DNA from: Candidatus Bathyarchaeota archaeon
GTDB taxonomy: Archaea > Thermoproteota > Bathyarchaeia > Bathyarchaeales > Bathycorpusculaceae
DNA: 64,000 nt
Direction: 5' to 3'
Assembly (NCBI GenBank): GCA_963806535.1
Contig: CAWDYC010000004.1
Location: forward strand, 96,001-160,000
Shown here: positions 52,156 through 62,740 of the stretch, one piece after another
Position numbering within the stretch: the first letter of the stretch is position 1
Layout: each line of letters opens with the position of its first letter
The notes under the pieces: generated by a model
What the model was told of the DNA's origin: nothing
The model's input: only the letters and a program-made list of their open reading frames with translations
The model's database searches: none
Translations under genes and position numbers: made by a program

Positions 52156-52869
52156 TTATAAATACATCTGTGGCATTGTTGGCGCTGGCGGAATGTTGTT
52201 CTGTTCTTTACTTTTTTTGTTGTCGCCTCTTATTATAGGAATTACAAATTCAAGAATCACAAGTATCATTATTATTCCAATTATTAGTGGTAAACCCAAA
52301 GAGTTGCCTCTCATGAAAAGTGTTATCCACCCAAACCATGGAATGCGCATAATTACTTTGCCAACCACCAAGTTTTGAGGGACTCCCGGTGGATTGTTGT
52401 TGTCCCATGGATCTAAGCCTTGGTTTGGCGTTTTAGGCCATGTGTCTGGAGATCCGTTTCCATCACCTTTTGTTTGATAGTATGTAACACCGTTGACTGT
52501 TTCTGATGAAATTATTCGGTGAACAATTAATTCGCCATTTATTGGGCTATGAAAAATAATTATGTCACTATTTGGATAGTTGGTGTTAAGGTCTTTGGCT
52601 TTTACGCCTTGGACAACTATAATATCACCTACACTAAGGGTGCGATCAAACGGGTGATTTATGCTTAACACGAAGCCCTGCCAATTAGGCGCTTCGTTGC
52701 CATCGTAGGGGATACTCATGCTGCCGCTTTCCACAGTCAATAAAGGATAAGACGTCTTAAGCCCAAGTTGCAAACCAAAGAAAAACCCTAGAACTATCCC
52801 GATAATCAAAGCAATTGCGATTACAGTTTTGAAATAATCGTTCTTCCACAACTTTTTTAGAGCAATCAA
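52156..52869 (-). CDS. Signal peptidase I (Sec11-like)
   Basis: VESGSM, IVHRI, TKGDGN, IPWFG. Confidence 0.9.
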   Translation of the reverse strand: MIALKKLWKNDYFKTVIAIALIIGIVLGFFFGLQLGLKTSYPLLTVESGSMSIPYDGNEAPNWQGFVLSINHPFDRTLSVGDIIVVQGVKAKDLNTNYPNSDIIIFHSPINGELIVHRIISSETVNGVTYYQTKGDGNGSPDTWPKTPNQGLDPWDNNNPPGVPQNLVVGKVIMRIPWFGWITLFMRGNSLGLPLIIGIIMILVILEFVIPIIRGDNKKSKEQNNIPPAPTMPQMYL

Positions 52870-52997
52870 GCTTTTGCCTCTGCAACGAAGTATTCCAGTT
52901 CATAACGGCTTTCTATGTTTTAAAACTTGCCTTAAAAAATAAAGAAAAAATAAGAGAGGGCTGATGCTGCGATCAGTTAATTTCTGGTTGCAACTTA

Positions 52998-53168
52998 TTA
53001 AATTTTCTTTTTACTTAGTACTTCGCGGAATACATGACCGCATTTTGGGCATTCGTAGAGTCCGATTTCTAACTGCATACGTTTTCCAGCTTTATCTGGA
53101 CGACCGGCCATTTTCCATGTCTTTTTTGTTTTTGCCACTTCAGTTCCACATTTTGGACATTTAGCCAT
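52998..53168 (-). CDS. Cren7-like chromatin protein with two CPKC motifs (56 aa), not in ORF track
   Basis: MAKCPKCGTEVAKTKKTWKMAGRPDKAGKRMQLEIGLYECPKCGHVFREVLSKKKI*; K.W...G....IGL..P..G..FR matches the Cren7 pattern. Confidence 0.8.
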   Translation of the reverse strand: MAKCPKCGTEVAKTKKTWKMAGRPDKAGKRMQLEIGLYECPKCGHVFREVLSKKKI

Positions 53169-53475
53169 TCAAATTTCCTCCGTATTGCTGTTTCCATGCT
53201 TTATCATTATAGAATAAAAAACTTTCCATACCTTTCAAATCGATATTTTTTGAATCAACATCATATTTATACAAATTTTTGTCAATGCAGCTGAAAGCAT
53301 TTAAATGAAATGGTTGAAAGAGTTCAAAATAGCGTTTGAATATTATCCAAAACAGCAATAATTAAGCAAGCATGATCATAAAAGTGAAATACAATAAGAC
53401 CCTTTGATTTTATGTCGTTTCCATAACATATTTTATATCAGACTCCTGCTTTACCTATCGAGGGTTTACCCTATA

Positions 53476-56349
53476 GTGCAGGCAACTTCTGAAAACGCTT
53501 TTGACATGCTTGTGAAGCCAGTTCGACGGCTCATTGAACAGAAGGGATTCTCTAAACCAACTGAACCTCAAGAAAAGACAATCCCAAAAATCCTCGACGG
53601 CAAAAACGTCCTTTTAATTTCACCGACTGCAACAGGCAAAACAGAAGCCGCTTTCTTACCCGTGTTAAGCATGCTTTTGAAGGAACCCAAAACGCCAGGC
53701 ATCAAAGTCCTATATATTACTCCGTTGCGAGCGTTGAACAGGGATTTGCTTGACCGGCTTCAATGGTGGTGCAACAGCCTAGACATAAAACTAGCTGTTA
53801 GACATGGTGATACCGAAACCAAAGAAAGAACCCGTCAATCACGCAGCCCGCCCGATATTCTGATAACTACTCCTGAAACCTTGCAAGCCATACTTTCGGG
53901 CTGGGTTTTGCGTCAACACCTTCAAAGTTTAAGGTGGATAGTTATCGATGAGGTTCATGAATTGGCTGATAGCAAACGTGGAAGTCAGCTTTCTTTGGCA
54001 TTAGAACGAATAAGAAGCTTAACAGGCAAAGATTTCCAAATGATCGGTTTATCAGCCACAATCGGTAGCCCGGAAAAAGTTGCCCAGTTCCTAGTCGGCA
54101 ACCAACGTCCAGTTGAAATTATCCGAGTCCCCGTTGCTAAAATGGTTAAGCTGCAAGTAATCTATCCTAAACCGACGGATGATGATGTTAGGTTTGCAGC
54201 GAAAATTTACACGCATCCAGAAGTAGCGGCTAGATTACGGATTATTCGCGATTACATGGATAAACGAAAATCCGTTTTGCTTTTTACGAATACACGTTCA
54301 ATCTCAGAAGTGTTAGCCTCCAGGTTTAAGGTGTGGGACATTGATTTTCCAATATCAATTCATCATGGTTCGCTGGCCAAGGTTTCAAGGATAGCGGCTG
54401 AAACGGGTTTAAAACGTGGTGACCTAAAAGGCTTAATCGCTACCAGCAGTCTCGAATTGGGCATAGATGTTGGACGCATAGATCTTGTGATTCAATACAT
54501 GAGCCCGAGGCAGGTAACTAGGTTGATCCAACGTGTAGGTCGGGCAGGTCACACTTACGGCGACGTTGCCGAAGGAGTAATAATTGGAATGGATTCTGAT
54601 GATACTCTTGAAGCATTGGTTATCGCTCGAAGGGCTCTCAATGAAGAATTAGAACCCCTTCAAATTCCAGATAAACCATACGACGTTTTAGTCCATCAAA
54701 TCGCTGGGTTAATGCTCAAAAACAGACGGCTAGAATTTAGCGCTGTTTTAGAGATCGCCCGCAAAGCCGCACCCTACGAAAACTTAACCATAGAGGACGT
54801 TGCTAAGGCTTTCAAATACATGCATGAACGTTTTCCACGTTTAGCCTGGGTGTCCTTTGAAGACCAAGTAGCTCTGAAGCCTCAGCGTTCAAAAGCTCTT
54901 TTTGAATACTATTTCGATAATTTATCAATGATTCCAGTTGAAAAACAATTCCTAGTTATAGATGAGTCAACTGACACGTCAATTGGAGTTTTAGATGAAG
55001 CGTTTATGGCAGAATACGGCAAACCAGGAACAAAATTCATTATACGTGGTAGTCCCTGGCAAATAATCCATGCTACAGAAGACAAAGTGTATGTCCGTCC
55101 AGTTGACGACCCTACGGGTTCAATTCCCAGTTGGATTGGCGAGGAAATTCCAGTGCCATACGAAATAGCGCAGGAACTGGCAGAAATACGTGGATTTGTT
55201 GAAGAAAAAATGAAGAGCGGCCTCTCGCCTGAAGAAGTCAGTGCTCTGCTTTCTAAGCGTTACCCAGCTGACGCTGAAACAATTCTACGTGCTATATCCG
55301 AAACCGTTGAACAAGTTACTGCGGGCTATGCAGTTCCCACTCCAAGAAGAATTATCGTTGAGGATTGGGGAGAATTTGTTATTATTCATTCCAATTTTGG
55401 TTCATTAATTAATCGTGCCTTAGCTCAGTTTCTCGGGGAAGTTTTGTCTGATAAACTTGGCCGTGGCATGGTGGTTCAGCATGATCCCTACCGGATCTTT
55501 GTACAGACCATGGGAAGCATGAGTGCTGAACGAGTTGTTGAAGTTTTTAATGAATTAAGAGAAATGAGTACACAAACTGCTAAGGACACACTGACTAGGT
55601 CAACTGTGAAAACTGGATTATTCAAACGGCGGGTAATTCAGGTAGCAAGGCGTTTTGGTGCACTAAAGAAGTGGGCTGATTTTAGCAACGTAAGTATTCA
55701 GAAGCTTATTTCCAGTTTTGAAGGTACTCCAATTTACGAGGAGGGCTTGAAAGAGGTTTTCTCTAAAGACCTTGACGCAGATGGATTAATCATGGTTCTC
55801 AAGCGTATTCGTGATGGCGATGTAGTTTTCCAAGTGGTTGCAACTGGGGGAGACGCAACTCCTGTTGCTCGAGTGGGAATTGAGCGTGTCAGCATGAAAA
55901 CCGATCTTATTCCTCCTGAAAAAATGCGTGCAGTTCTTATTGCGGCAGCTAAAGCACGATTGCTAAATGAATCAGGCAATTTTGTTTGCACAAACTGTTG
56001 GGATTACATGGAGACGATCCGAATAAAAGATTTGCCTGATAAACCAAAATGCCCCAGATGTGGGTCTTTGGCACTTGGCTTACTAAAGGTTGATGAGGAG
56101 AAGGCTATGCCATTGATTGAGAAGAAGGGGGAGCGTTTAGCAAAGGATGAGGAAAAGATGCAGATGCAAGCAAAAAGAACCGCAGAATTAATTGAAAAGT
56201 ATGGGAAAGCGGCTGCAGTGGCGTTAAGTGCTCGCCGAGTTCAAACCGCAGATATTGCATTAGTGTTGGAGAAAGAGCCTAAGCTTTCGGACCGATTTTA
56301 CGAGTTGGTTATGGAAGCTGAACGTAAATCTTTGAGCAAACGATTTTGA
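53476..56349 (+). CDS. lhr: Lhr-family DEAD/DEAH helicase
   Basis: PTATGKTEAA, DEVHE, SSLELGID, QRVGRAGH, C-terminal CxxC..CPRC. Confidence 0.93.
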   Translation: MQATSENAFDMLVKPVRRLIEQKGFSKPTEPQEKTIPKILDGKNVLLISPTATGKTEAAFLPVLSMLLKEPKTPGIKVLYITPLRALNRDLLDRLQWWCNSLDIKLAVRHGDTETKERTRQSRSPPDILITTPETLQAILSGWVLRQHLQSLRWIVIDEVHELADSKRGSQLSLALERIRSLTGKDFQMIGLSATIGSPEKVAQFLVGNQRPVEIIRVPVAKMVKLQVIYPKPTDDDVRFAAKIYTHPEVAARLRIIRDYMDKRKSVLLFTNTRSISEVLASRFKVWDIDFPISIHHGSLAKVSRIAAETGLKRGDLKGLIATSSLELGIDVGRIDLVIQYMSPRQVTRLIQRVGRAGHTYGDVAEGVIIGMDSDDTLEALVIARRALNEELEPLQIPDKPYDVLVHQIAGLMLKNRRLEFSAVLEIARKAAPYENLTIEDVAKAFKYMHERFPRLAWVSFEDQVALKPQRSKALFEYYFDNLSMIPVEKQFLVIDESTDTSIGVLDEAFMAEYGKPGTKFIIRGSPWQIIHATEDKVYVRPVDDPTGSIPSWIGEEIPVPYEIAQELAEIRGFVEEKMKSGLSPEEVSALLSKRYPADAETILRAISETVEQVTAGYAVPTPRRIIVEDWGEFVIIHSNFGSLINRALAQFLGEVLSDKLGRGMVVQHDPYRIFVQTMGSMSAERVVEVFNELREMSTQTAKDTLTRSTVKTGLFKRRVIQVARRFGALKKWADFSNVSIQKLISSFEGTPIYEEGLKEVFSKDLDADGLIMVLKRIRDGDVVFQVVATGGDATPVARVGIERVSMKTDLIPPEKMRAVLIAAAKARLLNESGNFVCTNCWDYMETIRIKDLPDKPKCPRCGSLALGLLKVDEEKAMPLIEKKGERLAKDEEKMQMQAKRTAELIEKYGKAAAVALSARRVQTADIALVLEKEPKLSDRFYELVMEAERKSLSKRF

Positions 56350-56471
56350 AAACCATGTTATAAGTATATTTAACGAAATTGTCTATTTCGAAGCAATAAC
56401 AGCAACTTTTTAAACCTAGAACTGCTATGTTTGCATATCCGCTTATAGGTGCCCTTAGGAGACTAAAAAGA

Positions 56472-56798
56472 GTGGAAATAAGCCGAAAAAATCTACGCGA
56501 TGAAGTTCTTGAACGAGTCAAATACGTAAAAACCTGCGTTATGGCGCGTGAGCTATGTCTGCTTGTACGCACCAACAGAGCCGTTTTAGAGCCTACAGAC
56601 GTTCAAGAAATCTGTCAATACATTTCAAATCTATGCAAAGAAGAAGGATGCAGCGAACCAAGTGAAATATGCACCAAAGCAGCCAAAGCAGTTGGATCCG
56701 CGAACGAAGAAAAATACCTTGAGTTGTGCGCTCAAAGCTGCGTAAAATGCGGCGAAGCGAGAAGACCGATACCGAAAAAAGACGCTTACGTGGCATAA
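56472..56798 (+). CDS. Cys-rich hypothetical protein
   Basis: ORF with many Cys; GTG start after GGAG. Confidence 0.65.
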   Translation: MEISRKNLRDEVLERVKYVKTCVMARELCLLVRTNRAVLEPTDVQEICQYISNLCKEEGCSEPSEICTKAAKAVGSANEEKYLELCAQSCVKCGEARRPIPKKDAYVA

Positions 56799-56831
56799 AA
56801 CATGATAATCAATTCAAAGGTGAATTATTAG

Positions 56832-57308
56832 ATGTTTATTGCTCCTTTTGTTCCAAGTCCAAACACAGTTGTAGAGTACATGTTAAAGCTATCTGGTTTG
56901 AAAGCTGGAGAAGTCCTGTTTGACATGGGCTCTGGTGATGGCAGAACAGTAATTATGGCGGCGAAAACTTTTGGGGCAAGAGGCGTTGGCATCGAGTTGC
57001 GTGAGGATTTAGCGAAAAAAGCGTTGGCTAACATTCATGAGAACTGTCTAGATGACAGAGTAACCATTGTGAATGGCGACATGTTTAATGTAAATTTAAC
57101 TTCAGCCGATGTTGTTTACCTGTATTTGACTACAAGTGCAAACGAGAAAATCAGGCCCAAACTTGACAGCGACCTAAAAAAAGGCGCACGTGTCGTCTCC
57201 CATGACTATGAAATTATCGGTTGGCGCCCTGAGAAAGTTGAAAACTTTTGTGAAAACCCGCAGTTAGGCTACCCCTCCCACACTATTTACCTCTATAGGA
57301 AACCATAA
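56832..57308 (+). CDS. Class I SAM-dependent (protein-lysine-type) methyltransferase
   Basis: APFVPSP, DMGSGDGR, VVSHDY. Confidence 0.9.
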   Translation: MFIAPFVPSPNTVVEYMLKLSGLKAGEVLFDMGSGDGRTVIMAAKTFGARGVGIELREDLAKKALANIHENCLDDRVTIVNGDMFNVNLTSADVVYLYLTTSANEKIRPKLDSDLKKGARVVSHDYEIIGWRPEKVENFCENPQLGYPSHTIYLYRKP

Positions 57309-57338
57309 TTTTTCATCCGATACAACAGTTTCATTAAT

Positions 57339-57479
57339 AGAACAACAACAGTTGGTGTTAGCACTGGGTGTTGTTTTTCTCTGATAGAAGAAGAAGGACG
57401 GCTGGAATTAGCACATCCTACTTCTTCTCTGCTTTTTAAAGAAGAAGAAAACCTGTGGGGGCACACTTCTTCTTCTTTT
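57339..57479. repeat. Three tandem hairpins, copy B of dispersed repeat
   Basis: Units 57339-57380, 57386-57428, 57438-57478 with (GAA/CAA)n and (TTC/TTG)n arms; first two homologous to 15780-15873. Confidence 0.85.
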
Positions 57480-57539
57480 CAGATAGGAAAAATTCTTTAG
57501 TCCCTTTTTTTCTTGACAAGTTTAGAGTGTCAAGCTAAG

Positions 57540-58061
57540 ATGCAGTTTGTTCCATGGCAAAACATAGCGGATTGGCGTTGCAAAGCATGCGGTTACTGCT
57601 GCAAACTCTACAGCGTAGTCCTGGGCTTCCCAGAATGGTTAAGAATCGCCAAAACCTACGGCGTTGAAACTACAGTGGCAGGTTTAGATCGTTTCTTTAT
57701 TAAACGGGCCAGCGACGGTTCATGCGCTTTTCTCTGCAATGACGCAACAAACTATCATTGTTCGCTGCAAAATGCGAAGCCTGAAGCATGCAAGATTTGG
57801 CCTTTCAAAGTGCTTTCAGAACCCAAATATGGAGAGCCAAATCAGGCTGCATACGATTATGGGGGTATACGTCTGTACGTTTACGGAGATACTATGTGTT
57901 GTGGTTTGCGTTCGGGCACACCAACGTGGGATTTCCGCTATAAAACCATAAAAGAATTTACAGAACTTGCACTTGGACTAAGACAAGTACAGTACAAAAC
58001 AACTAGGCCAGAGACATTTCGATCTCAGCAACAATGGGGAAGACAAATATTTCCCAAATAG
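57540..58061 (+). CDS. YkgJ family cysteine-cluster protein
   Basis: CKACGYCC, CAFL, CSL...KPEACKIWPF. Confidence 0.88.
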   Translation: MQFVPWQNIADWRCKACGYCCKLYSVVLGFPEWLRIAKTYGVETTVAGLDRFFIKRASDGSCAFLCNDATNYHCSLQNAKPEACKIWPFKVLSEPKYGEPNQAAYDYGGIRLYVYGDTMCCGLRSGTPTWDFRYKTIKEFTELALGLRQVQYKTTRPETFRSQQQWGRQIFPK

Positions 58062-58184
58062 CAACTAAAGTAATTTAATTAAGACTTTCTAAATTGGATT
58101 TTGCAATCTTCCCAACTAGATTATTAAGTGAGTTCTAAAATCATAACCATCAAAACATCAAGTAAACAAGAGAGGTAACTGTAG

Positions 58185-58967
58185 ATGCCCAAAGCCAAAG
58201 TTGGCGTTTCAATGCTTTATTGCTTAGGCGAGCCATTCAATCGGATGGTTAAACGTTTAAGCTCAATGGATACTCACTACATAGAAGTCTTAGACGATGG
58301 CATTCATGAATTGAACAAAAACCGAGTCGCCATTCTCAAAGAAACTGCCAAATCCTCTAACATACAATATTCATTACATGCTCCTTTTGCAGACATCAAC
58401 ATTGCTTCGCCATCCAAAGTCATGCTAAATGCTTCCATGAAACGTCTCAAACAATCATTGGCTTACGCAAATCAGTTGGATGCTAAGATTTGGGTTTTTC
58501 ATCCTGGCGCAAAAACAGGAATCGGTCAATTCTATCCTGGCGCTGACTGGAAACAAAACATCGAAAGTATCAAAGAGCTGCACAAGTTAGCGGAAGAATA
58601 TGGCGTAAACATTGCGCTTGAGAATTTGCCTGCAAAATATTATTTTTTTATGAGTAAACCCGAAGAATTCTCTCGTTTCTACAAAGAAACAAACTTGCCT
58701 ATCGGAATTGTTATGGATATTGGACACGCTAACTTAGAGGGCCATATTGAAGGCTTTTTTAACCTCTTAGCCGACAAAATTATTCATATTCACGCCAGCG
58801 ACAATGACGGGTCAGATGACCAACATTTGGGAATAGGTTACGGGAAAATTGATTATACCTGGGTTGCACAAATACTCAAAAAAACTGGCTACGACAGATC
58901 AGTAATTATTGAATCAATAACCAACGTTCCCGAAACAATCACAAAACTAAAACAGATTCTCGCCTAA
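58185..58967 (+). CDS. Sugar phosphate isomerase/epimerase (xylose isomerase-like TIM barrel)
   Basis: LHAPFADIN, FHPG, LENL, DIGH, HASDN...DQH. Confidence 0.88.
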   Translation: MPKAKVGVSMLYCLGEPFNRMVKRLSSMDTHYIEVLDDGIHELNKNRVAILKETAKSSNIQYSLHAPFADINIASPSKVMLNASMKRLKQSLAYANQLDAKIWVFHPGAKTGIGQFYPGADWKQNIESIKELHKLAEEYGVNIALENLPAKYYFFMSKPEEFSRFYKETNLPIGIVMDIGHANLEGHIEGFFNLLADKIIHIHASDNDGSDDQHLGIGYGKIDYTWVAQILKKTGYDRSVIIESITNVPETITKLKQILA

Positions 58968-59887
58968 TTTTCTTTAAGCGGCAGCTCCAACTCCATAAAA
59001 TCTTCAGCGACCAAAGTATTGGCAAAGACTTTTTTCGCTTGTTCCAAAAGCAAAGTGGCATCAGGGTATCTTGCGCTAATATGGGTCAAAACCAACTGTT
59101 TAGCCCCGGCTGCTTTGGTTTCTTCTGCTGCTTGACTAGGTGTAGAATGCCCATCCAATTCCGCTTTCTCTAAAAGCGAATCGTCAAAGGTGCTTTCATG
59201 AATAACCAAATCCGCGTCTGCTGCAAACTTTGCGAATTCCTTGAACGGTCTAGTGTCTCCTGTGTAAACAATTTTTCTTCCAGCCCTGGGCGGTCCCATA
59301 ACCTCACTTGGCTTAACCACTTTGCCGTTTCCAATTTCAACATCTTTTCCCATTTGAAGCTTGGACCATAATTCGCCTTTGGGAACTCCGAGTGCTTGGG
59401 CTTTTTTGGGGTAAAACTTTCCGGGACGAGGCTTTTCCATGAAAGCGTAAGCGTAACTCTTGACGGCATGATTAGACTTAACCGCTGTTACAATGTACTC
59501 CTCTTCATTTAGCACAGTACCTTCACCTAAAATTTCGTTTATTTCAACTGGGAACGTTAAGCCAAAATTCAATGTTTCTTTTGTGCAGACAAGAAAATCC
59601 TTAATCCCTGGAGGACCATAAACAGCAACTGGTTCTTTGCGGTCCATCAAAGCCATCGTCTGCAAAACACCCGGCAAACCCAACACGTGATCACCATGTA
59701 GATGAGTCAGAAAAACTTTTAGTTTTTTGTGAAAGCTTATTTTTCCCTGCATCATCTGCCGTTGCGTGTTTTCGCCGCAGTCAAACATACATAACTCCTT
59801 TTGGCATTGGATTACTACAGAGGGCAAACTACGTTTTAAAGTTGGCACACTGCCGCTTGTTCCCAAAAACACTACATGAATGCTCAT
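58964..59887 (-). CDS. rnz: Ribonuclease Z
   Basis: LGTSGSVPT, THLHGDH, YTGDT, HEST, HISARY. Confidence 0.96.
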   Translation of the reverse strand: MSIHVVFLGTSGSVPTLKRSLPSVVIQCQKELCMFDCGENTQRQMMQGKISFHKKLKVFLTHLHGDHVLGLPGVLQTMALMDRKEPVAVYGPPGIKDFLVCTKETLNFGLTFPVEINEILGEGTVLNEEEYIVTAVKSNHAVKSYAYAFMEKPRPGKFYPKKAQALGVPKGELWSKLQMGKDVEIGNGKVVKPSEVMGPPRAGRKIVYTGDTRPFKEFAKFAADADLVIHESTFDDSLLEKAELDGHSTPSQAAEETKAAGAKQLVLTHISARYPDATLLLEQAKKVFANTLVAEDFMELELPLKEN

Positions 59888-60933
59888 TTTTTCTGCACCT
59901 TTTCAAACACTGCTATTTCCCTTGTTAGACTTCTATGTATGAAAGCGAAATGGGACTCTACATGCTTGTAACCTAAAGCCTTGCCTAATGCTTTAAGGTG
60001 TAATGTTTTAGGTGAAGCAATACAAATCCGTTGCCCCCCTTCCAATAAGTCATAAGTTGAAGCCAAAATATCCTGCACCAACTGCTTTGTTGTTGACTTC
60101 AAGGTGCTTGATGAGCGACCGTAGGGCGGGTCAGTAACCACGCAATCAACCTTGGAGAATGGTAATTGTCGGGCGTCAGCCAAAATCAACCCTTCAGCGG
60201 AAATATTAAAGAAACGCAGGTTTTTTCTGGTGCCCATAATCATTCGTCTCTGAGCATCCACCCCCACAGCTCGGCAACCAATATAGGTGGCTTCAATAAG
60301 AGAAGTGCCAGTGCCGCAAAAAGGGTCAAGCACCAACGATTCCGCTTTGGCATGTGCTAAGTTCACCATGCAACGCGCCATTTTCGAAGGCATCGCAGAT
60401 GGGTGGAAAAACGGTTTTTTTCGAGGTCTGCGCTCTGAAAAAGTTTTAGAGGTTATATCCGTGAGTTTTAAGCCTAAGACAAGTTTATCGTCTGTGATTA
60501 TGCCAAGAAAGGTTTTGTCGGGGTTTTTTAGGCTTACTTTTGTGCCTTCAGTACCGTTTAGGATTTGTTTGCCCAGTTTGCCTTCAAGCACCATCGTATT
60601 CAAAGCTTCGTCGGCGTAGTTTTTTATCCGGTTTATTCTTACCGCAAAACTTTCGCCAGACTTGAGCACAGCTTTGAAGTCTGTTCCAGAAGCAGCCTGA
60701 GCTATGTCCGTTAGATTCGCGTTTGACAAAAAAAGTTCCAATGCGCAAACCCGCGTGTAAGCTGAGCGAACCTGAATGGTCTGCACGCTGCCTTCATCTG
60801 CTTCCAACCGCAGAACCTGGTCAAACTCCTCCGCTTGGGCGTATTGGTAGCCTTCAGCTTCCAGAATAGCTTTAACTTCAGCGGCAGGAAGCGACTTATT
60901 CTCGCCAGATAAAAGAAAAAAGAGTTTTGCCAC
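59884..60933 (-). CDS. THUMP-domain tRNA G10 N2-methyltransferase (Trm11/TrmG10)
   Basis: THUMP, PFFHP, DPFCGTG, TDPPYG. Confidence 0.9.
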   Translation of the reverse strand: MAKLFFLLSGENKSLPAAEVKAILEAEGYQYAQAEEFDQVLRLEADEGSVQTIQVRSAYTRVCALELFLSNANLTDIAQAASGTDFKAVLKSGESFAVRINRIKNYADEALNTMVLEGKLGKQILNGTEGTKVSLKNPDKTFLGIITDDKLVLGLKLTDITSKTFSERRPRKKPFFHPSAMPSKMARCMVNLAHAKAESLVLDPFCGTGTSLIEATYIGCRAVGVDAQRRMIMGTRKNLRFFNISAEGLILADARQLPFSKVDCVVTDPPYGRSSSTLKSTTKQLVQDILASTYDLLEGGQRICIASPKTLHLKALGKALGYKHVESHFAFIHRSLTREIAVFEKVQKK

Positions 60934-61814
60934 TATTTTTGCGCCCTAAGTTCTTGGCTCAAAAGCGGTGCTAGCGAAACCTTGCTCACACTGCCAGGTA
61001 CGCTGTCTGTTCCCACGATTTCCTCTACGCCAGCGTCTAAAATGCGTTTTTGTGCGTCCCCGATCAACAAACCGTGTACGCATGCACAGAAAATATGTTT
61101 GGCGCCTTGTTCTCGGAGAATTTTTGCTGCTCCTACAATGGTGCCGCCTGTGCTGATGATGTCGTCAAGGATGATTACGTTTTGGTCTTTCAGGTTTAAG
61201 CCCTCAGCAGTCTGGACCGTTTGTCCAGTATAGCGGTCCCGCTGCTTGTTTAGGTGTCCACAATCGCCGCCAAGCACTTGTTGAGCTTGTTGAGCGATGT
61301 ACATCGCCCCTTTATCTGGCGATAGGGCAAACGCGCCTTTGAAACCTTTATCCACGAAGTACTGTGCCAAAAGCGGTATGGCGCTTAGAGTTTTGGCCGG
61401 AAACAGAAATTGCTTTAGCGCAGGTTCAGAGTGAATATTTACTGTGATTAGTTCGTCGATGCCTGCTGCTTTGAGCATTCGTGCGATGGTTTCGACGCTT
61501 ATGCCTTCGCCCGCTAGAAACATCTTGTCTTGACGTGCGTAAGCCAAATAGGGAACTACAGCCGTCACTTTGACGGCGCCACTGCGTTTTGCCGCGTCAG
61601 CCATGAATGCTAACTGGAAAAGTCTCCCATCTTGGGCAGGGGGACACGTAGTTTGCACAATTGCTACGTTTTCGCTTTTCACATTGCTTTCTAAGCGAAC
61701 GTATGATTCTCCGTCGGGAAAAACTTTTGAAGCAACGGGAATATTGCCAAAGCCAGTTAAAGTCGAAACCCGTTCAGCAAGCTCCTTAGATGCTGGACCA
61801 GAGATAACCTTCAT
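60933..61814 (-). CDS. prs: Ribose-phosphate pyrophosphokinase
   Basis: FPDGE, PYLAYARQD, DDIISTGGT. Confidence 0.95.
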   Translation of the reverse strand: MKVISGPASKELAERVSTLTGFGNIPVASKVFPDGESYVRLESNVKSENVAIVQTTCPPAQDGRLFQLAFMADAAKRSGAVKVTAVVPYLAYARQDKMFLAGEGISVETIARMLKAAGIDELITVNIHSEPALKQFLFPAKTLSAIPLLAQYFVDKGFKGAFALSPDKGAMYIAQQAQQVLGGDCGHLNKQRDRYTGQTVQTAEGLNLKDQNVIILDDIISTGGTIVGAAKILREQGAKHIFCACVHGLLIGDAQKRILDAGVEEIVGTDSVPGSVSKVSLAPLLSQELRAQK

Positions 61815-61951
61815 TATTTTGCCTTCTTTTCTTTAAGAATGCAAGTTTAGGTTTTAAGGCTTTATCTCTCTCCCTATAAGAACAAGTTTTTCATTGTCCA
61901 TAAGAGTTTTAAGCAATATTCAGTTTTTCATTGAAAAGGATTGAACACTAC

Positions 61952-62740
61952 ATGGATACTTGGCGCCTATTACCGCTTGAAACTAACAATGCCTTCATAA
62001 ATATGGCAATTGATGAGGCAATCTTAAATGCGCGAATTACTGGGCAAGTTCCAAACACGCTCCGTTTTTATCGTTGGCAACCATCTGCCGTCAGCATTGG
62101 CAAAAACCAGGACCCTGAAGCCGTAGTTTACATTGATGCCTGCAAACAGTTAGGCGTTGACGTGGTTAGGCGTATTAGCGGCGGCGGCACAGTTTACCAT
62201 GACTACGATGGCGAAGTGACCTATAGCATAACTGCCAAAACGGAAACTTTAGGAACAGCCGACATCACTGTTGTTTACGCCAAGGTTTACGAGGCAATAA
62301 AAGACGCACTTAGACTTTTGGGAATAACAGCCGACTTTAGCACTGGAGATGCCAAAAATTGTCCAAATATGACTGTCAACGGCAAGAAAATCTCTGGCAG
62401 CAGCCAAATCATAACCCGAGGCATCGTGCTCCAACATGGCACACTTTTGAGAAGTGTTGATTTGGCAAAAATGTTTCAGCTTCTAAAACTAAAAAACGCT
62501 ACCTGCAGCCAAGCCGCAGACATAGGCAAAAGAAAAATCACCAGTATCCAAAACGAGCTTGGGCACACTGTTTCACCCGATACAATTGCAAATGCGTTGG
62601 CTCAAGGGTTTAGGGCCATGCTGAAGATTCAGCTTGAGCCGGGCGAGCTAACATCTAACGAGTTGGAGCTTGCAAAGAGGCTTTGTGAAGAAAAATATTC
62701 TAAGAAGGAATGGAATTTTGAGGGTAAAACGGGCAGCTAA
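61952..62740 (+). CDS. Lipoate-protein ligase A family protein
   Basis: NMAIDE, RRISGGGTVYHD, KKISGSSQ, QHGT. Confidence 0.9.
   Translation: MDTWRLLPLETNNAFINMAIDEAILNARITGQVPNTLRFYRWQPSAVSIGKNQDPEAVVYIDACKQLGVDVVRRISGGGTVYHDYDGEVTYSITAKTETLGTADITVVYAKVYEAIKDALRLLGITADFSTGDAKNCPNMTVNGKKISGSSQIITRGIVLQHGTLLRSVDLAKMFQLLKLKNATCSQAADIGKRKITSIQNELGHTVSPDTIANALAQGFRAMLKIQLEPGELTSNELELAKRLCEEKYSKKEWNFEGKTGS

Noticed and set aside
15780-57479. Hairpin arrays, 32-bp repeats or decamer repeats as CRISPR arrays
   Set aside because: No identical direct repeats separated by unique ~35-bp spacers, and no cas genes in the window
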